From Blastocystis sp. Blastoise (lineage: Eukaryota > Protista > Bigyra: Opalinata), in NCBI GenBank assembly GCA_039096225.1, contig JBBPEB010000015.1, positions 1-64,000 of the forward strand: 64,000 nucleotides of DNA. Reading direction: 5' to 3'. The notes below the pieces were generated by a model. It saw nothing but the letters and a program-made list of their open reading frames with translations, had not been told where the DNA came from and made no database searches. Shown in pieces: positions 55,143 through 64,000 of the stretch. Each line of letters opens with the position of its first letter. Position 1 is the stretch's first letter. The position numbers were made by a program, and so were the translations under genes.

Positions 55143-55512
55143 AATCAAGTGTCTCCTTTCCTTGTCAACAAATAAATTGTCATTTTTATACATCTATATA
55201 TTTTCTTTTTCATATTTCTCTTTACTATGTGTATCCCCATTTGTTTATCTATACTATATACAAGACAATATTTTGTTTATTTTCTTTATTTTGAAGAACA
55301 TATGTCATATCACTTTTTATTTAATTCAGTATTCTAGCAAATAACCTTCGATAGTATTTAAGCAATCATTTTTCATCATATACAATGAGTTTTAGCATTT
55401 ATAATTAACTAAAATGGTCTTTTCATATTGTCAGTTCAGAAAATCTGGGATTTAAATTTTTCCAAAAAAAAATGTTTTCGAACTTCGATTAGAACATAAC
55501 GTAGTCGACAAA

Positions 55513-56737
55513 ATGTTTTTGACTTATGATGTCATCTATCATTCCAATTGTGTCTGTATATGATGTAAGCAAAGAAATTGTTTTAAGAAAACAGAAATAG
55601 ATCCTAACTGGAAGTTATTTTTTATATATTATTTTTCATTTCTTGATCCCAAAAACTTTATGTTTTCTATCCCTGAGAGTGTTTCTCTTCAATATAAACA
55701 ATATTCAGAATATTTTCAAAAGTATATCATTTAATGAGAAATCGAGTTTATCTTGATAGAGTTTATTATGTATGTTCAAAAACGTTCGGTTGTTATATCA
55801 ATCAACTTGGAGAACTCAATTATAATCATTTATTAAAAGGACTTTCTCATGCATCCAAAGCTTCCGTATATATAAATAATATATTTATTTATAGAGATTT
55901 TTTAATATATATTATATTGTTATTATATTATTATATATTATATATTATATTATATACTAGTATATTATATTATATCTTATTATTATTATATCTTATTATA
56001 TCTTATTATTATATTATATTCCACAATATTTAGAAAGAATTAGAAATTAAAGGTAGACCTATAAGTACTGGAGATATATATTTTTTATGTTATATTCTTC
56101 GTGCAAGTCAACTTGCTACAGCTTCTTATGGTCATCTCCTTGTGAAAGGATTATTAGGAGAAGGTGGGTTCTTTGATCGTATTGTTTCTGTTATGACACT
56201 TGGGGATCAAAAACGTTATATTGATGCTCTTTTATTGCATCTGTATATATACTCATTTATTTATATATTTTGTTTTAATTGTATTTTTTTGTTTTATTTA
56301 TAAACTTATTCTATTTTTATTTAATACTCTTCTTAATACATAACCCTATATGATACACTTATAAACAATACTATATAATAATCAATTTATTTATATAGTC
56401 AAATTCAGAGAACAGATTTATTATATTATACCTTTGGTAAAGATGAAATACCATATGATGAAGACTTGACATTCTATACACCTGCTTATTTCTTAATTCG
56501 TGACCCTCAACAACATCGTATTGTACTCACCATTCGAGGAACTTTCTGCATTCAAGATTTTATTACTGACTTTTCTGGATCCAATTATTCTTGGAATCAA
56601 GGATATGTTCATATGGTATATATTTATTTATTATTTATTTATTTATTTATTATATAATTATTTATTTATTTATATATTTATTTATATTTATTTATATATT
56701 TATTTATATTTATTTATATTTATTTATATATATATAT

Positions 56738-56768
<31 letters not shown>

Positions 56769-57743
56769 TTATATAATTATTTATTTTCATGTCAATTACT
56801 GAATTTAGTCATATAAATATATATAAATAGGGTATGGGAATAACTGCAAATTATTTATTACAGAATACTTCTCTTCCAAGTATCCTTCGTAATTCACTCC
56901 TTGATAATCCTGGTTATTCCTTTGAAATAGTAGGTCATTCTATGGGAGCCTCTATTGCTGCTCTACTGACAATGGAGCTTGAAAAGGATCCCTTCTATGA
57001 GGAACATCAAATATCATGTGTATGCTTAGCTCCTGCACCTGTTCTCTCTAAATCACTTCTTGAACAAAGCAAAACTAATATCATTTCTATTGTTAATGCT
57101 GATGATATTGTTCCAAGACTCTCTAAAGAAGCTCTAGACCAATTCGCAGATACAGTATATAGAGAAACTATTAATTTTTTTTTCAATATATTATTATCTT
57201 TTTTATTTCTCCATAAATTATTATTTTTAAATATTCTTTACATTATTATCTTTTTATTCTTCTAAATTTATTCTTTTTTAATCTTTTATATATTATCATT
57301 TCCTTATTACATTATCTATAGGTAATGAGAGAAGCATCTTCATGTAAACTTCATTATCAATCTGTTTCTTCACGTAGTCTTGAAGGATACGTTTGTGATG
57401 ATTTCTATTTACCAGGAACGGTCTATTATATGAATCCATATCTTGATAACTACAACTTAACTCCCAAATTAGATAAAGTATCTATTATTCATAATATTCT
57501 ATAATAATATATTATTTCATATCTATTCTTTATTCTTTAAAGGCACTTTTTAATGTCCCTGCCTTAGACGCATCACATTTATTACCCTCTATTTCTTCTT
57601 CACAAGGAATGATCGAATTACAACCTGAAGAATTCCCAGAAACCATCATCATATCTCCATTCTTACTCTTCTGCCACTTTCCTACTGAATATGAAAAACT
57701 TATCACAAATATCACGAAGAAAATGGCAAAACTTATTTCCTAA
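55513..57743 (+). CDS. Class 3 lipase (diacylglycerol-lipase-like), 8 exons
   Basis: IVLTIRGT..IQDFITD, VHMG, IVGHSMGAS (nucleophile elbow), DDIVPRLS, FYLPG and C-terminal CHFP. All introns GT-AG. Confidence 0.9.
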
Positions 57744-58297
57744 CTTGTTATTTTATGTATTTATTATTGTTCTAGATATGTGTTACATAAATTTATATCC
57801 TTATATGAGTCATCACTTTTCAATTCTTACTTTTCTATGAACATTGAACACTACCTGCTTTCTTTTATCATTTCTTTGTTTAAATTTATTGTGTTTTCCT
57901 ATTTTCTTGACGTTTTGTTTTCTTATATCGTCAATTGGGCTTTTATTTTTTGGCATTGGTGCCAACTGTTTTTACATCTATTATTTATTGTTGTTTTTTT
58001 TGTCGCATTATTATGATATATTCTATTTTAAAATATTTTTTTGCTCATAATGTTGTTTACAGTATTCTTTAATGGTCTTTTCAAAAATTGATTAACCATT
58101 GTTTTATATTTCATCAAAAAAATATATATAACATGTTTCTTATGTTAGAAAAATCACAAAACAAATTATTTCAATAATTAATAAAATACAGTACACATTT
58201 ATATTAACATCATTAAAAATTTAATATGTAAATCATTTTTTTATAAAATAGGAATCAACAATTCATTCCGTGTTTTCTTTGTTTCCTATCGAGAATA

Positions 58298-61203
58298 ATG
58301 AATTTTTATTTATTATCATTGTTACTGTATGTTGTTACCAATGTTAATTTTTATCTTTCATAGTCTTGTTGTGTATTCATTTGCCTATCGTGACATTGAA
58401 GAAGTATCTATATTTCCTGCTTCTGTAGATGACCCAAGAGACATCAATAAAGTAAAGGATAAATGGAAACGAACAAAAATGCAGGAATCCTATACCATCA
58501 ATGTTTGGGGAAATCGTATTTATCTTATTTCTATAATATTTTTATTATCTACAAATTATCTTCTATATGTTTATAATCTCAATATCAACGAGAAAAATCT
58601 TTATAAAATTGAATCTCGTTTCTATAGCTATTACATCTGCAAATGCTAATATTGCTTATGGATATATTTTATATGCTTTCAAAAAATTGAAAAATAACGA
58701 TAATGGTGCATTAAAAGCACTTACTGAAACATGGGGATACATTACAGGAACCAAAACCACTCTTCGATGGACCCCCAGTATATATTATTTAATTTTATTT
58801 TATATATGATTTATTTCTTGATCTTGTCTCTCTATATATTAATATTATTGATTCAAACTATATTTCTAAAGAACCTAAGCCTTGGTCTGGTATGCTTATT
58901 AAAGATATTACTATCAAGGAAATTCGTGGACAAGAATTAAGATATAGTGGAGATGGAGATACTTGGGCTAATCAGAAGTTTGGATATGTATATATATTTT
59001 AAGTTATATAGTATAAAGTACTCTTTTTCGAGCTTTTTAAATTCATATTATTCTATTTATATTTATTCTATTAATTCTATTTATATTTATTCTATTAATT
59101 TTATTTATATTTATTCTATTTATTCTATTTATATTTATTCTATTTATTCTATTTATCTTTATTCTATTAATTTTATTTATATTTATTCTATTAATTTTAT
59201 TTATATTTATTCTATTTATTCTATTTATTCTATTTATTATAAACTATATCTAAGTCCTTTTTATGCCTATAGTTGGATGAGAATTTTAATCAAGATTATT
59301 TAGAATATAAAATAACAATGGGTGTCAATTATTTTATTTCTTTCTCAGGAATAGATAATAATGGTATATTTTTAATTATTCAGAATACTTCTTATTCTTA
59401 TATTATCGTTATTCTTTCCTCCTTTTATTAATACTCTATCTCTTCTTCTAGGTGTCGAACTTCTTCATAACGTCACTATTTCCTATGATCGTGAACAGAA
59501 CTATAACCTTTTTTCTCATAGTTTTAAACCTATGTCGTCTCTCTTCTATAATCAAAAGATCGAATATATACTTCAACCAGATGATAATACAGTAAATACA
59601 AACACTAATAATCTTAAAGTATATCTTTATTAACAATATTGTTATTCTTATTATATATTAATCCTTCTAATTAGTATATATCACTTTTTTTATTATATAT
59701 TAATGATATATATATTATTTAGCCTTATTCTTCTTTTTCTCTATTATATATATACATAGGTGAAACCTCTTCGTATTCTTACTTATAACACTTGGAATAC
59801 GTCACCACCCATTTGGTTCCTACAAGGAGAACGACGTTGGAAATGGTAATCATTATTATGCTTATTATATGTTTATTATGTTTATTATATTTTTATTATA
59901 CTCTATTTATACTAATTATTATTATTATAGGTATATGTATCGTATGAGTCTCATGGCGAAATACGTTAAAGACTGTTCTCCTGATATTATTGTGTTCCAG
60001 GAAGTACGTTACGATGAGGGGATTGGCCCATCCAAAGGTCATAGTCAAGTATATTATTATCATTATTTATTTTATTTTATATAATCATAACTCATTATAT
60101 TATATTGAATACTAATAATATTCTTTATCTTCTCTTTAGATTGATCACATTACTCATCTTCTTCCTGAATATCAATATGTCTATCAAGTATATCCCCTTA
60201 TTATTATTATAAATCTATATAAACTACTATTATAGCCTGCTAATATGTATGTAGAGCGAGGATATAGAATTGAAGAAGGAGTTCTTATCCTCTCTCTTCA
60301 TCCTATTGTAACTCAAGAATATATTCTGTTAAGTAGAAACCCTCAAGACCCTCAGGATGATCATCAACGATTGGTTCTTCGAGCTGGTATTCAAACTAAG
60401 AATTATGGACGTGTATATGTATATGGAACTCATTTAGCTCTCTCTGAACCTGCTAGAGATCGTACTGTACAGGAAATTTATCATTATATGAAGAATTTCG
60501 ACCCTAAAAATAAGTTTATGCATGTATTATGCGGTGATCTCAATGCAGAACCAGATTCAAAAGCTATCCAATATCTGGAAGTATATATATATATATATAT
60601 TTATATATATTATTTTCATCTTCTTTTACTATAGCTCATGATCCTATTTATTTATTTAACAATTATATATTGTTATTCTATATCTATTCTCTTTTCTCTA
60701 TTATTTCTACTCCTTCTCTTCTCCCTAGGGTTTTGTTCCTCTGAATGGTGAGTTCACAGATTTAAAGGACGCTTGGCTACAACTATATCCTGAACCCACT
60801 CCACGATCCACAGATACCAAACAACGCCATGACGCACTCACTTTCCCCACAGATAATCCAGTCAAAAGAATCGATTTCGTCATCTATAGAGCTAGAAGAA
60901 TCTTTGTATGCAATATTATTTTTTTATTATTATATAATATAATATAATATAATATAATATAATATAATATAATATAATATAATATAATATAATATAATAT
61001 AATATAATATAATATAATATAATATAATATAATATAATATAATATAATAAATAATTCTTCTATAACAGGTCGAAGAAGCCAAATTAATAGGTCAGGATGC
61101 TTATCCAGGAACAGAGACGAATCGTGGTGACGGTATGCTGTCTATTGATAGCCCTATATATGCTTCCGATCACAGAGGACTTTATGTTGATTTCAGCTAT
61201 TAA
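58298..61203 (+). CDS. Secreted endonuclease/exonuclease/phosphatase (EEP) family protein with a long N-terminal extension
   Basis: Signal peptide MNFYLLSLLLLVVYSFA; LRILTYNTWN, PDIIVFQEV, GTHL, LCGDLNA, DAW, RIDF and SDH motifs. All introns GT-AG. Confidence 0.9.
60935..61048 (+). repeat. Intronic (AATAT)n satellite
   Basis: Perfect pentamer array in the last intron of the EEP gene. Confidence 0.9.
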
Positions 61204-62717
61204 ATATATACTTTATCGTTTTAAAAATAATTATTATTATCTTCTCCATTCTTTTTATTTATATATTTATTTTATCTACTTGGACTAACTAGCGTAAGTG
61301 CTATTACAACTTTTATTTAATTTGTATTGTTTTTTATAATTAATGGAAGCATTTTCCTAATAATCAATCATATACTCATACATTTAGTATCTCATTATAT
61401 TCATCTCAACTCTAGATATACTAACATTATTCTTAACAACAAAAGAAAGCATTGAATCGTTTTTCAAAAAACTTCTCTCCCTTTTGTTTTTTCTTGATTA
61501 TGTTCTCATTTTATTTTATATCCTTCATGTTAAACTTTATATATTTATAATAGATGCATTGTCAAAAGCTATAAACACATAAAATCCATAAATGAGCTGA
61601 AACCAAAACAAGAAATTATTGTCTACAAAAAACAACAACAACTATTCGACCGTTTATTAAAAAGGTGTTGGACAACCATTCAAATGTGGAGATTATGACC
61701 TACCTCGACGTTTTACGCCTAGTTGCCGTTAAACTCGACTATAGAATTCTATTCGAACGCAATTGACTTTTAGGAACAATATTTCATATTTAGCCAATCA
61801 TTTTTAGCTGACTAGACTGCTTTATTATTATTGGCTTATTTTTTTTATAGAATTCTATTAGACTCGACTAGTATTGAATTATTAAAATGTCTTAAAATTT
61901 CTTACTGTTAACTCAAAGTATTTTTCTATTGGCTAATTTAATTCAAGTTATTTATCAATTTATTATAGTTATTTTATAATTATTTGACTTCAAATTTTAC
62001 ATGTATGAAGTTATTACTTATTACTTATTACTATTTATAAATATAGTAGTAAATAAAATTCGCATTAACGATTTTTGAATTAATTCTCAATGCTATTAAT
62101 TGTAGTATTGTTTGTAAGTGAAATGCTATCATAACATCTTCCTTATTAATTTTTGAGAGTTGTAATATTTAAAAATTGAATTTATAAAATAATAAATAAT
62201 TAAATAAAAATAAATAAATAAAAGAATTATATTTTTTATTATGTTGATTTAAGTTAAAATATAAATATACTTAAAATCGTTTTTGTTAACTACTTTAAAC
62301 ACTGTAATGAATACATCATTAACTTTTGAAAATTATTGTGACGAGACATTGTAATGTACTGAATTATATATTCTATGCTTCAAATTCTTATTATACTTTA
62401 TTCCTCATAGCTATTATAACTATATATAAATAGAATTTAACTTAATAAGACTTTCAAAAAGAAGATCAGTTTATAATTCACTGTTTTATTGTCATGATGT
62501 TGTTTATTTATTATATACTAGAACACTATATCTAGAAGACAACAATTACAGTTTCAATTATTATAAATATCACTTAATGATACATGATTAACACATTCTC
62601 TTTTATGTCAAGTATTAAACACAGATTCTGTTTTATATACATGCCAGAAATATATATATATTTGATTCTAATACTTTAGTAAAAAAATAATAGATGAAAA
62701 TACACTTTTAGCCAAAA

Positions 62718-62977
62718 TTAATAAAACACATAAATATTATTAAAACTATATCTATTTTCCACATTTATAAGTGATTATTTAAATATATATCTTATAAATT
62801 GATATATACATATGGAAGTATTAATATACTTTCCTAAGAAGATAAATATAACAGTTTCAATATCAAATCTATTATAAAATCTATAAAAAAAACTTAAGTC
62901 AGGAATTGGACCTGAAAAGAGTCGATGAGACTTTTCCTTACTATCAAAGCTTAAGTAGAGTTTATATATATATATAT
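62718..62977 (-). CDS. Probable 3' exons of a gene continuing beyond the window
   Basis: CAG acceptor, an open frame KLYLSFDSKEKSHRLFSGPIPDLSFFYRFYNRFDIETVIFIFLGK, a GTATAT donor and a short terminal exon YSFNNIYVFY*. Family not recognised. Confidence 0.4.
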
Positions 62978-63049
62978 CTGCATATATTAAATATAATTAT
63001 AAGTAACTTAAAAACATGAAATCCTATATATAAAAAGAATAAAATATAA

Positions 63050-64000
<951 letters not shown>

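Noticed and set aside
15908-61203. Blastocystis-style stop codons created by polyadenylation
   Set aside because: Every intact gene model ends in a genomically encoded TAA or TAG. A TGTTTGTT motif at 39684-39691 lies ~135 nt after the small Tim stop, so at most it is an ordinary 3'-end signal.
62892-62956. Cloverleaf- or hammerhead-like fold (ACTTAAG...CTTAAGT enclosing two hairpins)
   Set aside because: There is no T-loop GTTC, no 7-nt anticodon loop and no CUGANGA/GAAA core. The segment is an open minus-strand exon between splice signals.

Overview
Left end of a chromosome from an extremely AT-rich (by eye about 15-20% GC), intron-rich eukaryote. It uses the standard genetic code, TTAGGG telomeres and spliceosomal introns with consensus GTATAT...TATAG; the gene families suggest a Blastocystis-like stramenopile (inference). 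Order from the tip: telomere (1-1023), an 88-bp/~353-bp subtelomeric satellite, near-featureless AT DNA, two decayed intron-rich pseudogenes and a 193-bp hAT-type MITE with a perfect 8-bp TSD plus an older copy. Next come likely multicopy-family genes: BTB-like/TLDc, a 23-exon BTB-like/LRR-like gene, and a ~2465-aa He_PIG/discoidin/HormR-like surface protein. Core genes start at ~35 kb: AdoMetDC, RAMP4/SERP1, a small Tim, AP-1 mu, a second surface-protein paralog with 19 introns, an acidic protein, a class 3 lipase, a secreted EEP-family enzyme and a partial gene. All gene models were spliced by hand from the sequence. The most notable signals are: (1) an LRR-like gene built roughly one repeat per exon with 21 of 22 introns in phase 1; (2) introns whose terminal G is missing (CT-AG, GT-AA) in a genome whose intron ends are nearly self-complementary; (3) 3'-biased intron loss in one of two surface-protein paralogs; (4) a spliceable, uORF-bearing AdoMetDC leader; (5) a CCGTGA/TCTAG motif shared by promoters and the subtelomeric satellite.
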